Shown: positions 49,818-59,272 of the stretch, one piece after another
Position numbering within the stretch: the stretch's first letter is position 1
Layout of the letters: every line of letters begins with the position of its first letter
IMG/VR virus record: IMGVR_UViG_3300023210_000037
Span: 1-60,249 of that record
Length of the DNA stretch: 60,249 nt
Source: a virus
Lineage: Duplodnaviria; Caudoviricetes
Reading direction: 5' to 3' (one strand)
Notes under the pieces: generated by a model
The model's database searches: none
Seen by the model: the letters and a program-made list of their open reading frames with translations, nothing else
What the model was told of the DNA's origin: nothing
Translations under genes and position numbers: made by a program

Positions 49818-52800
49818 ATGGCAAAACAAGTAAAAATAAATAATCCTTTTAGTGTTAGTGGTAGCATTGTAATTTCCAATGACGGTATATTATCTACCGT
49901 ACCAACAACTAGTGGTGTATATGGTGCTACTTCATTATCACCCTCAAACCTTACGCCTAATGCGATATATTTTCTAGAAAATTTATCACAAATTGATACT
50001 ATAATACCATTAGAATTACCATTACCTATGGGTAATACTATATTTAATACTACCACACCGATAACAGTTTGTTTGTATGGGGACACCAACCCAAGAATAT
50101 TTTCAAATAAAACAATACCATATATTGATAAAGGAAAATCATACGAAGGGTATTCATCCATTGCGGAGGTACCTAATTTTGGTAATTTACCTGTCAGTAA
50201 TGAAAATATGTATACGACTATTGGTAGATCAGATATTAATTCTTTTGATTTACCCCAAATTTCCCCTAGAGGAATGAGAAAGATACCATTAACATCTGGT
50301 GATACAGTATGTTGTAGTAGTGGATATACATATGATAGAATTAATTATAATTGGTTATTCGGTAATAATGCGGGTATAACATTTAACCCTATCCAAAGTG
50401 GTGCAACACCCACACCATTAAGTGGGTCTATGATATCACAAGAAGGTGTTGCATCAATATCAAATCAAAACGGTAAACTATTATTTTATACAAATGGGGA
50501 AACAGTATACACTAGTGGACATACAGTTATGAGTAACGGTACTGGGTTATCCAGTTCTGGTACATCTACACAATCATGTATAATCGTTCCTAAACCAGAA
50601 TCTAATATATATTACATATTTACAACGGATTTTAATGGTAATCCAGATGGGTTTGAATATTCTATTGTAGATATGAGTTTACAAGGTGGTTCAGGTCAAG
50701 TAGGTGGTAAAAACATAAAATTAATAAATGGACCTGTTTCAGAAAAGGTTACTGCGTGTAACCATAGTAATTGTGATGATTTTTGGGTTATAACACATAC
50801 AAGTGGGGATTCATCATATTACACATATAAGTTATCTTCCGGTGGTATTTCAGTTGGACCTGTCACCAATATAGGTAGTATACATAATACTGCTAGAGGG
50901 TATATGAAAACTTCTATAGATGGTAAAAAACTAATTAGTTTATTATATGATGAAGATACTATAGATATTTTAGATTTTGAGTCATCGGCAGGTACATTAA
51001 GTAATTTAATTACAATAACTGGCTACACATTTGATGTTGGACCATATGGGTTGGAGTTCTCTTCAGATTCATCTAAATTTTATGTTTCTGATGGGGCAGG
51101 GGAAAATATAACACAGTTTGACCTTACATATACATCTGCTACGGATATGGTAAATTATGCTATAGAAGTTGCATCAGTTTCGGGTGGTAGTTTAGGTGCA
51201 CTACAGATGGGTCCAGATGAAAAGATTTACGTGGCAGATAAATCTACATATCTTTCATGTTTAGATGGGTTCACTCTGGTGGGTGAAAATTGTGTATCAA
51301 CCACTGCATCAACCACAGTAAGTGCTGAAACCATAGTTAAAGCTGTCACCAACTTTAATTATAATAAATTCGGTGCAAGGTTTTGTATCGCAGGATCATA
51401 TACAACATGTGGAAGTGGGGCACCCGCATCTAATTTTTTTAATACAGGAAACTCTGATCCGTTTTGGGGTACTAATTTAGGGATTGATGGTAGATTAAAC
51501 GAAATAGGTGTTTGGGTTAATGAACCACCGGCTATTGAAGATGAATGGATAGGTTTTTCTAATTGTGTTACCGCACCAACAGATGGTCAATATTTAATCG
51601 CGTTGGCTGGTGATAATGGTATTAGATTTTCATTAGACGGTGTACAACTGGTGGAAAACCCTTGGGATGGTACTATCACTGCGAACAATAATTTTAATTA
51701 CTGGTGGGTTTGGCCATTAGATTTAACCGCTGGTGAACACGTTATTAATTTAGAAGGTTACGATGATGGTGGTGCCGCAGCTTTTGGTTGTGAAATCATC
51801 GGTCCTTACCCATCTGGAACGTTTACAACAAATACAGATTTTAATATTTTCACTGGTACAACTGGAAAGGATTCATACACCGCAAACACTATTTTCTCAA
51901 GTTTGGATGAAATTGGTAATACCTTTGATACACAGTCTAATACATGTCCTAGTGGATACACGTATGATGTTTGTACAGATCAATGTATAAAAGTTGAATC
52001 TGCCGCAACAATATCAGAAAAACCTTATTTACATGTAATACATAGACCAGATGGTTTAGGTGTACAATGTAATTTCCAAGAGAATGGGTTTAATTTAAGT
52101 AGTAGTACAGTTACTGGGACATCATCCACATGGGGATTACCGAATATTATAACCACTAAAAGTCTATCATGTGATAGATATATGTATATATCCGATAGGG
52201 ATAGACCTTCTTTCGAGTTTGATTTTGTTTTTAATGATGTGTCAAATGTGATACAACCAAAAAAGTTAGATTATATAGGTAAATTATATGCGTATAATCA
52301 AGAAACTAAAGAATTTGGTGCTAACATTTTAAATATTAATATTCTACATAATGATTTATCTGCGAGGAATACATCTAATGTGGTAGTCCCAATAAATATA
52401 TTAGATGAGGGTGAGTATATTGTGAAAAACTATTTTAATTATCCAGTATTAACCTTAATCAGTAACCAATTAGATATTAATAGGTCAACTTTTCCTAATT
52501 TTCAAAGAGGTAGTGAATATGGGTTATATAACCCAGAATTAGATTGGTATTTCTTAAATATGTTTAAGGCAGATATCCCCATTATAAATAATAATGATAT
52601 TGATACCGGTAATATAAATAATTTAAAGGTTGTTAGTATTGTTACTGATGGAATAACATCAAGATATTATGGTTTTAACACTAATAGTGACTATTTAGTG
52701 TCATTAAACGGTGGTGTATTAGCAAAGGGTATTCAGTATAGTGCGTCTACTGGTTCAACACAATACCTACAATTATCATTTACCCCATTAATTAATCAAA

Positions 52801-53474
52801 TAATAACAATTGCATATGTTGAAAATGGTGCAAATGGTGACATATATACTGATTTTTATGAAATAATAAGTCCAATACCTAGTGGACCCATAAATGGTCA
52901 AAGTAATACCGATAAAGTATATTTTAATACTACAACTAATAGATCTGAATTTTATATGGATACTGCACCTAATACTATACCTATATTAGTTGTAAATGGT
53001 AATGTATTGTCATACGGTATTGATTATTTATTATCTAGTAGTAATAATAAGAGAATAATAGTGTTGGGTAATGGTGTTGACCCATCATTTGTAGTTGGCG
53101 ACATAATAGAGGTATTTTATTCACCAACAAGTATAGTATTCGGCACAATAGGTGGGGGAATATCGACAATAAGTTGGTCAATTAATAACCCACCAAAAGT
53201 AGGTTATGGTGGTGAATTTACCATTGAGTTTACGAATTTTAGTGATATTAATTATGATACAATATTGTATTCTACTAAGGTTAGTCATATTATTGATCAA
53301 CGATCATACGCCAAAAGTGTTGAATTAACAGGTGTATCAGTAGGTACTAAAATTAGGTATAGAATTAAAAATAAAAAAACATACGAATCAATAAGTGGTA
53401 AAATTTTATCTGATGAGTCAGTTAGTGAGTCTTATTTGGCTCAGGTCAACACTGCTTTTGATGAGATGTATTAA
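49818..53474 (+). CDS. Putative receptor-binding/tail appendage protein with beta-propeller and PA14-like domain
   Basis: NWLFGNNAG..F...EGVASIS...GKLLFYTNG...STQS.IIVPKP; YGLEFSSDSSKFY; GALQMGPDEKIY; GDNGIRFSLDG. Confidence 0.6.
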   Translation: MAKQVKINNPFSVSGSIVISNDGILSTVPTTSGVYGATSLSPSNLTPNAIYFLENLSQIDTIIPLELPLPMGNTIFNTTTPITVCLYGDTNPRIFSNKTIPYIDKGKSYEGYSSIAEVPNFGNLPVSNENMYTTIGRSDINSFDLPQISPRGMRKIPLTSGDTVCCSSGYTYDRINYNWLFGNNAGITFNPIQSGATPTPLSGSMISQEGVASISNQNGKLLFYTNGETVYTSGHTVMSNGTGLSSSGTSTQSCIIVPKPESNIYYIFTTDFNGNPDGFEYSIVDMSLQGGSGQVGGKNIKLINGPVSEKVTACNHSNCDDFWVITHTSGDSSYYTYKLSSGGISVGPVTNIGSIHNTARGYMKTSIDGKKLISLLYDEDTIDILDFESSAGTLSNLITITGYTFDVGPYGLEFSSDSSKFYVSDGAGENITQFDLTYTSATDMVNYAIEVASVSGGSLGALQMGPDEKIYVADKSTYLSCLDGFTLVGENCVSTTASTTVSAETIVKAVTNFNYNKFGARFCIAGSYTTCGSGAPASNFFNTGNSDPFWGTNLGIDGRLNEIGVWVNEPPAIEDEWIGFSNCVTAPTDGQYLIALAGDNGIRFSLDGVQLVENPWDGTITANNNFNYWWVWPLDLTAGEHVINLEGYDDGGAAAFGCEIIGPYPSGTFTTNTDFNIFTGTTGKDSYTANTIFSSLDEIGNTFDTQSNTCPSGYTYDVCTDQCIKVESAATISEKPYLHVIHRPDGLGVQCNFQENGFNLSSSTVTGTSSTWGLPNIITTKSLSCDRYMYISDRDRPSFEFDFVFNDVSNVIQPKKLDYIGKLYAYNQETKEFGANILNINILHNDLSARNTSNVVVPINILDEGEYIVKNYFNYPVLTLISNQLDINRSTFPNFQRGSEYGLYNPELDWYFLNMFKADIPIINNNDIDTGNINNLKVVSIVTDGITSRYYGFNTNSDYLVSLNGGVLAKGIQYSASTGSTQYLQLSFTPLINQIITIAYVENGANGDIYTDFYEIISPIPSGPINGQSNTDKVYFNTTTNRSEFYMDTAPNTIPILVVNGNVLSYGIDYLLSSSNNKRIIVLGNGVDPSFVVGDIIEVFYSPTSIVFGTIGGGISTISWSINNPPKVGYGGEFTIEFTNFSDINYDTILYSTKVSHIIDQRSYAKSVELTGVSVGTKIRYRIKNKKTYESISGKILSDESVSESYLAQVNTAFDEMY

Positions 53475-53529
53475 AATTAAAAATAAGAATAATGCAATTA
53501 AAAATTGGTGATAATATTTACATTGTGCA

Positions 53530-53537
53530 TATTTATA
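53530..53537 (+). promoter_or_regulatory. TATTTATA motif, candidate late promoter
   Basis: 18 nt upstream of ATG 53556. Confidence 0.55.
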
Positions 53538-53555
53538 ATAAAATAATAGATAGTA

Positions 53556-55781
53556 ATGAGTTATATAGATAAACAGAGTACCGCATTAGTTAGGGTTAAA
53601 CTAACAGATATAGGTAGAGAGCAATTAGCTAAAGGTCAATTAACGTTCACATCATGGCTTGCAGGTGATTCTGAAGTAGACTATGGGTATGTAAATGGTT
53701 GGAAACAATTTGTCCCTAGTAGTAATGCCGCAACAGGAGAATTTCTCTTTTATGGTGGGGATGATTCATTAACAAGAAATATTTATTCTAAGGTATTAAG
53801 ACCTAAAGATAAACAACCATTTTTTACGTCATTTTTAACCGATAATACATCACCAGTGGCAAATTTTATAATACCACTTAACACACAAAGTAGTGTGCAA
53901 CTAATAAAGGGTGTTGTTAGTAATGAGGCAGATGATAGAGGGTTTTTCTCTGGATCTACAGTAGATGTTGGTTTATCTGCAGTAACTACTACTGATTTTA
54001 TAAAAGAAAAAGGTACAATTGACCTTTCATTATTTACTGGTGAAATCGATACAACACCATATATACAAGGTGTTATATCAGGGTTAACATTAACCGCAAC
54101 TAGTACAGATGATTTTATAATGTTTAGGTTTTCTAACCCAACGCTTGGTAACGTATCTGGAGATACAATGACTGCCGCAACGATTAATCAATTTTATAAT
54201 ATTACAGAGATAAGTGGTAGCACTATCAAAGTAGATAGGGAATTACCAACACTAAGCGGATATTCAGGTACAGTGATAACATACTATACTTTCCCAGGAG
54301 GAGATGATCCAACGAATGACTATTATGGTGCACCATCAACAGTTGCGTATTGGGACACTGGGACATTAGCGTTTGATAGTAATTGTGATATTTGTGTTGA
54401 AAATATTCCTGTGTGGAATATGAATAATGTTTGGTCAGAAAATATGGCAGGACAATGGAATGAACCTATTAATAATTATCATAATCATACATTATTTGGG
54501 TCGGAGCAATATGCAGGTACCAAACAATTTTTAGGTTATAATAACATACCAAGTGTTAGTATAACTAATAAACAATCAGCTAATAGTTATATTGACCCAT
54601 TTAAAAAGGGTATTTCCATTATACACTATACTAATGGTTGTATATCCACCTTCTATGGGGAAATGTTTAATATTGATGGTGCAACTGGTAAATTACTTAA
54701 TTTGGATATACCTGTTATGTGGCATCGAAGAAATGATGTCGGTACCGGTAGTGGTACAACATTAGGTATGAGGTTTACATCTGATACCGTTAAGAAAACA
54801 ATAAATAATGCAGAAGCAGGTGCAACAGATATAGAATATTACGATTTAATAGAGTTTAGTGGTATGTCTGTAACACCATCAACACCACTAGCGGTGGGAA
54901 AAGTATTCCCAAACCTTAAAATTGTGGTTATAGATAATGAAGAATTATTGGCGGCAATGTCATATAAATCTAATAGAAATTATAGTTTACCTGATTTATC
55001 TGCTAGTTTCATTAACCCAGTAGCTGGTGAGTGTAATGGGGTTGTTAAACCCGGTGAAAGTTTATATTTAACTTATACGTTAAAACTTACAGGGTCAACA
55101 GGGTATACACCGACATTACCTTGTCAAAGGTATAGTGTGATAGATAACACAACTATTGGTGATAAAGATGTACAATTTGCGATTAACAATATTGATCAAT
55201 TACCATACATGAGAAAAACTGAAAATGCGGGATATGATGGTTATGGGTTTTATGCGGATCAATTTGTGTTATTAGCTCAGGTTATAGATAAAAATATTAC
55301 TAGCCGACCATATCCAGATCAATGGAGAGAAATAGATTTTACATCTACTAATATTACTGGTGGTGCTGGTGAAACAATTGACCCATTATTATTACAAAAT
55401 CAAAATTCAAACAACACTGGATTTATACTAACTAAATCTCAATATACTGCAGCAACCACCTTTGATTTAGGAACGGAGATAGATTTAGCTAGAGGGTTAA
55501 ATTATGGTAAATTGAATTTTGGTGATGAGAGATTGTTTTATGGTAATTTAAGGACACATATAGGAGCAACTATCTATAAAACATTATTTCTTGTTAATGT
55601 TGATGGTGCAGTAATGGGAAAAAGTACTAACCCAACATTTTCAGTAGGAAGTGATAGGTGGGTAAGTGAGATAGGGATATTAGATAATAATAGTAATCTA
55701 GTTTTAGTTGGTAAACTTTCTAGACCAATAAGAATAGCGGATAGCACTACGGCATCTATTGAATTAACAATAGATTTTTAA
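53556..55781 (+). CDS. Putative baseplate/tail-fibre attachment protein (741 aa)
   Basis: N-term KLTDIGREQLA..GDSEVDY and C-term VSEIGILD....LVLVGKLSRP resemble halves of a tail-collar/fibre attachment fold. Confidence 0.55.
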   Translation: MSYIDKQSTALVRVKLTDIGREQLAKGQLTFTSWLAGDSEVDYGYVNGWKQFVPSSNAATGEFLFYGGDDSLTRNIYSKVLRPKDKQPFFTSFLTDNTSPVANFIIPLNTQSSVQLIKGVVSNEADDRGFFSGSTVDVGLSAVTTTDFIKEKGTIDLSLFTGEIDTTPYIQGVISGLTLTATSTDDFIMFRFSNPTLGNVSGDTMTAATINQFYNITEISGSTIKVDRELPTLSGYSGTVITYYTFPGGDDPTNDYYGAPSTVAYWDTGTLAFDSNCDICVENIPVWNMNNVWSENMAGQWNEPINNYHNHTLFGSEQYAGTKQFLGYNNIPSVSITNKQSANSYIDPFKKGISIIHYTNGCISTFYGEMFNIDGATGKLLNLDIPVMWHRRNDVGTGSGTTLGMRFTSDTVKKTINNAEAGATDIEYYDLIEFSGMSVTPSTPLAVGKVFPNLKIVVIDNEELLAAMSYKSNRNYSLPDLSASFINPVAGECNGVVKPGESLYLTYTLKLTGSTGYTPTLPCQRYSVIDNTTIGDKDVQFAINNIDQLPYMRKTENAGYDGYGFYADQFVLLAQVIDKNITSRPYPDQWREIDFTSTNITGGAGETIDPLLLQNQNSNNTGFILTKSQYTAATTFDLGTEIDLARGLNYGKLNFGDERLFYGNLRTHIGATIYKTLFLVNVDGAVMGKSTNPTFSVGSDRWVSEIGILDNNSNLVLVGKLSRPIRIADSTTASIELTIDF

Positions 55782-55791
55782 AAATTGAAAA

Positions 55792-57072
55792 ATGGGATTT
55801 ATTAATACAGCAACTACTATAACACTAACCGCAAAACTTACTAATATAGGTAGGAAAAGGTTATTAAATGAAAATAATAACATTCTTTCACATTTTATTT
55901 TAGGTGATTCAGATGCCAATTATCAAACGAGCGCAACGTTACCATCCGGTAAGATACCAACAGATAGTGGAAGTTTAGGTGTCGGTGGTGATGAATCAGT
56001 AGTTAAAAGTAAATTATATGTTAATAACACGTCAACTACAAAAAAATCGGTAAAGTCACAGTCAAACATAATATATACGTCAATTAATAATGTTGGTCAA
56101 TATGTTGCGGCAGCTAGTAACTTAACATATGTAGTTTTAGATAAAAATAGTACATCCACAGATGTTACAAATTTATTTAAAAGTTTAAATTTACCAATAT
56201 TAGAAATAAATAAATCAACCTTTACTGCTACTACTTCCCAAAATGGTGGATGGTTAGATACTGCGTTTAGTGGTTTAGCTACTAATCAGGTATTACTTTC
56301 AGTTATTGATAATAGCCAATACGGTGAATTAATTGATGGGAAATCTATTAAAAGTAGTTTACCTATAGGGACTGGATTCACAACTGGTGGAGATGTTACG
56401 GGGTTTACTGATTACACTTTTTATTCTACATTTGTGAATAGTGGTCAATTTAGTAACGTACAATACGATGATAAATATAAAGATGATAGTGTGTTTACTC
56501 AGGGGTTATTTGGGTCTGGGGTTAATGTTGCATATATGGTTTCAGATGACATACAAAAACCGAATAATGATGTAAATAATAGTTGGGCAACAGGATATAA
56601 TAGTTATAAACCATATAGTCTTGGTAACAAAAAACTTTTAAATACAAAAACAGTTGCGACTACTAGTGTGGTAGCAGACAAAGTTGCGGGTATTGCTTAT
56701 TTAGATAAGGGGTTAATAGTTTATACTGATCCTGATGTAATAAGTAACGTATTAACTAATTTTTCTGGTGCTAGTGCATCCACAAATACCGTAACTAATA
56801 GTTTAGGGTTATATTATTATACTGCAGTAACTTATAATACTATAGTTGATAGTAATAATACTGATTTAATACAAAATATTATATGTGAAGCAGATAGGGG
56901 TGAATTTTATCGATCACAAAATGAGACTATTGATAATAATGATACAGTAAGAATTAGTGAAATTGCTATTACTGATCAAGCAGGTGTTGTTTTAGCGTAT
57001 GTTAAACCAGATCGACAAATAGTAAAATTAAAGAATGATTTGTTAGTTTTTAACATACAAATTGTAATTTAA
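55792..57072 (+). CDS. Paralogue of the preceding structural protein (426 aa)
   Basis: N-term KLTNIGRKRLL..GDSDANY, C-term ISEIAITD..GVVLAYVK. Confidence 0.55.
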   Translation: MGFINTATTITLTAKLTNIGRKRLLNENNNILSHFILGDSDANYQTSATLPSGKIPTDSGSLGVGGDESVVKSKLYVNNTSTTKKSVKSQSNIIYTSINNVGQYVAAASNLTYVVLDKNSTSTDVTNLFKSLNLPILEINKSTFTATTSQNGGWLDTAFSGLATNQVLLSVIDNSQYGELIDGKSIKSSLPIGTGFTTGGDVTGFTDYTFYSTFVNSGQFSNVQYDDKYKDDSVFTQGLFGSGVNVAYMVSDDIQKPNNDVNNSWATGYNSYKPYSLGNKKLLNTKTVATTSVVADKVAGIAYLDKGLIVYTDPDVISNVLTNFSGASASTNTVTNSLGLYYYTAVTYNTIVDSNNTDLIQNIICEADRGEFYRSQNETIDNNDTVRISEIAITDQAGVVLAYVKPDRQIVKLKNDLLVFNIQIVI

Positions 57073-57110
57073 AATAAAGTTTTTAATAAAAGAAATAAAA
57101 GTTTTTAAGT

Positions 57111-57743
57111 ATGGGTAGAATTTTAGGGCTAGATGTGTCCACCAAGACTATTGGAATTGCATTATTTGAGGATAATGAACAAAGTGGTAAATTACAATTA
57201 TTAACCCATATTACACCTAAAGTCAAACCAAAACCAAATGACCATATTGAATTATTAATAAAAAAAGTTCAGATATTTGAATCTGAGTTTTTAGAAAAAT
57301 ATAGCGATATTGATATTACGCGAGTTTTTATTGAAGAACCATTATTGAGGTCAAATAATGTTAATACTGTTGCTACACTATTAAGGTTTAATGGTATGAT
57401 ATGTAAATCAGTATACGAGGTATTAAATGTTATTCCAGAATTTATATCATCATATGACGCTAGAAAATATGCATTTCCAGACCTTATGGGTATAAGGAAA
57501 ACTAAGAAAAATGGTGAAACGTATAACGAAAAAGAAATAAGTAAGAAATCTCCAGTATTGTTCGGAGGGTATCCTTATGATATTGATAAGAAAAGAGTTA
57601 TATGGGAAAAAGTGAACGAAAAGGAACCACAAATAGTATGGTTATATAATAAATACCAGAAACTATCCAAAGAAAATTTTGATATGACAGATGCTTATAG
57701 TTGTGTAATCGGGGCTATGAGAAAAAATGGTCAATGGAAGTAA
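57111..57743 (+). CDS. RuvC-like Holliday junction resolvase
   Basis: ILGLDVSTKTIG, VFIEEP, DMTDAY catalytic acidic motifs. Confidence 0.8.
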   Translation: MGRILGLDVSTKTIGIALFEDNEQSGKLQLLTHITPKVKPKPNDHIELLIKKVQIFESEFLEKYSDIDITRVFIEEPLLRSNNVNTVATLLRFNGMICKSVYEVLNVIPEFISSYDARKYAFPDLMGIRKTKKNGETYNEKEISKKSPVLFGGYPYDIDKKRVIWEKVNEKEPQIVWLYNKYQKLSKENFDMTDAYSCVIGAMRKNGQWK

Positions 57744-57746
57744 AAA

Positions 57747-57777
57747 TTGTATTTTAGAAAAAAAAATACTATATTTG
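57747..57777 (+). promoter_or_regulatory. Bacteroidota-type promoter (TTG-N20-TATATTTG)
   Basis: TTG 57747-49, TATATTTG 57770-77, GTG start 4 nt later. Confidence 0.65.
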
Positions 57778-57781
57778 CTAT

Positions 57782-58729
57782 GTGTCAGAATTAGTTGTGG
57801 AAATATTAGAAGATTTTTTAGGTAAATCACGTAAACATTACGAGGGGAAATCCCAGATTTCATTCGACTGTCCAGAATGTTCATTAGAGAAAGATATGCC
57901 CGATGGTGATGGAAAAGGGAATCTTGAGGTAAATTATAATTATGGTGTGTATAAATGTTGGGCATGTTCAGATATTAACCATACCCATGGTACAATTAAT
58001 AAATTAATAAGGAAATATGGGAATAATAAACATTTTAAACGATATAAATTATTAATCCCCGAAGTTAAATTTAATCACCATGATGATAAACAACATACTA
58101 TAGATGGGTTACCTAAAGAGTTTACACCATTATCTTTGGTTAGGGATAATGAAGATTATTATACCGCAATAAAATATTTAAAAAAACGTAATATTAATAT
58201 TGATTTAATAAAGAAATATAATATTGGGTATGCAGGTATTGGTGATTATAGTAAAAGAATTATTTTCCCATCTTATGATGAGTCAGGTGAAATAAACTAC
58301 TATTTGGGTAGAAGTTATGATAAGTATAACAAACTTAAATATAAAAACCCTGAAGTGTCAAAAATGGACATCATATTTAATGAGGGTAAAATTAATTGGG
58401 ATTCTAACGTTTATTTAGTAGAGGGTGTTTTTGACCACATCTCAATACCGAACAGTGTACCGATGCTGGGTAAAGTATTAAATGATGTTTTATATAAAAA
58501 ACTTATAGAAAAATCAGAAGCTAAAGTTATAATTGTTTTAGATTATGACGCTAAGAAAGATGCTATTAACTTATATAGGAGATTAAATAGTACTAGATTA
58601 CGTAATAGAGTATTAATTGTAGATATGCCAAAGGGATTTGATATTGCAGATGTCCACCAAAAATTAGGTAGTAAAGGGGTTATAAAATTATTAACTACTG
58701 CGAGAAAAATTAAGGAAAGTTTACTATGA
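57782..58729 (+). CDS. DNA primase (Zn finger + Toprim)
   Basis: CPEC...CWAC Zn ribbon, YLKKR, RIIFP, GR, KYKNP, LVEGVFD, LDYDA. Confidence 0.88.
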   Translation: MSELVVEILEDFLGKSRKHYEGKSQISFDCPECSLEKDMPDGDGKGNLEVNYNYGVYKCWACSDINHTHGTINKLIRKYGNNKHFKRYKLLIPEVKFNHHDDKQHTIDGLPKEFTPLSLVRDNEDYYTAIKYLKKRNINIDLIKKYNIGYAGIGDYSKRIIFPSYDESGEINYYLGRSYDKYNKLKYKNPEVSKMDIIFNEGKINWDSNVYLVEGVFDHISIPNSVPMLGKVLNDVLYKKLIEKSEAKVIIVLDYDAKKDAINLYRRLNSTRLRNRVLIVDMPKGFDIADVHQKLGSKGVIKLLTTARKIKESLL

Positions 58730-59272
58730 TGGTCCCATTCCATACTCATCATCTTCTGGACCTTCGGAATCGGTTTTCCAATACTCTAAGTCCTCCTCTA
58801 TAGTTTCTTCTTTGGATGTAACTTCTTTAAACAGTATATCTCTATCATTACATTCAATTACTTCTTGTTCGGAACCATCAGGGTCTAACCAACCGTTATA
58901 TAATAAAGAGGTGGCTTGAGATTTACTATAGGTTTCTACATTATAGTAATTAGTTATTCTTATATCACACCATTCATCCTCCACTATCTTAAATGTGGTT
59001 AGTTTTGGGGTAATGGGTTTAACAGATTCCCCTAATTTATCAAATTCTCCACCGGTAGCGTAATAATTCTTCATAAATGATGCAAATAAATAATCTCTTT
59101 CATCTTGATCTTTATACCCATAGGTTTTATGTAACATCCCATCTACCCACTCTACTATTGCCGGATCATCTTCCATATAGTTAGGATCAAACCCCTTGGA
59201 TTGTATAAATTTATTTAACTGTTTAAATAAAGATATTAGATACTTTATTCTATATTTTTCTTCTATATTCAT
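58724..59272 (-). CDS. Hypothetical acidic protein (182 aa)
   Basis: Minus-strand ORF with coding-like composition; overlaps neighbour. Confidence 0.65.
   Translation of the reverse strand: MNIEEKYRIKYLISLFKQLNKFIQSKGFDPNYMEDDPAIVEWVDGMLHKTYGYKDQDERDYLFASFMKNYYATGGEFDKLGESVKPITPKLTTFKIVEDEWCDIRITNYYNVETYSKSQATSLLYNGWLDPDGSEQEVIECNDRDILFKEVTSKEETIEEDLEYWKTDSEGPEDDEYGMGPS

Noticed and set aside
49818-57072. Diversity-generating retroelement acting on tail proteins
   Set aside because: No reverse transcriptase and no template/variable repeat pair seen in this window
57111-57743. RuvC-fold protein as a TnpB/Cas12 or transposase
   Set aside because: Only 210 aa, no Zn ribbon, no flanking repeats or array; located beside primase, consistent with a resolvase
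558-58752. Numerous short minus-strand and alternate-frame ORFs in the track (e.g. 5649-6029, 11960-12442, 17818-18375, 19658-19957, 45467-45910)
   Set aside because: They lie within or almost wholly within long, motif-supported + strand genes and read as antisense or frame shadows
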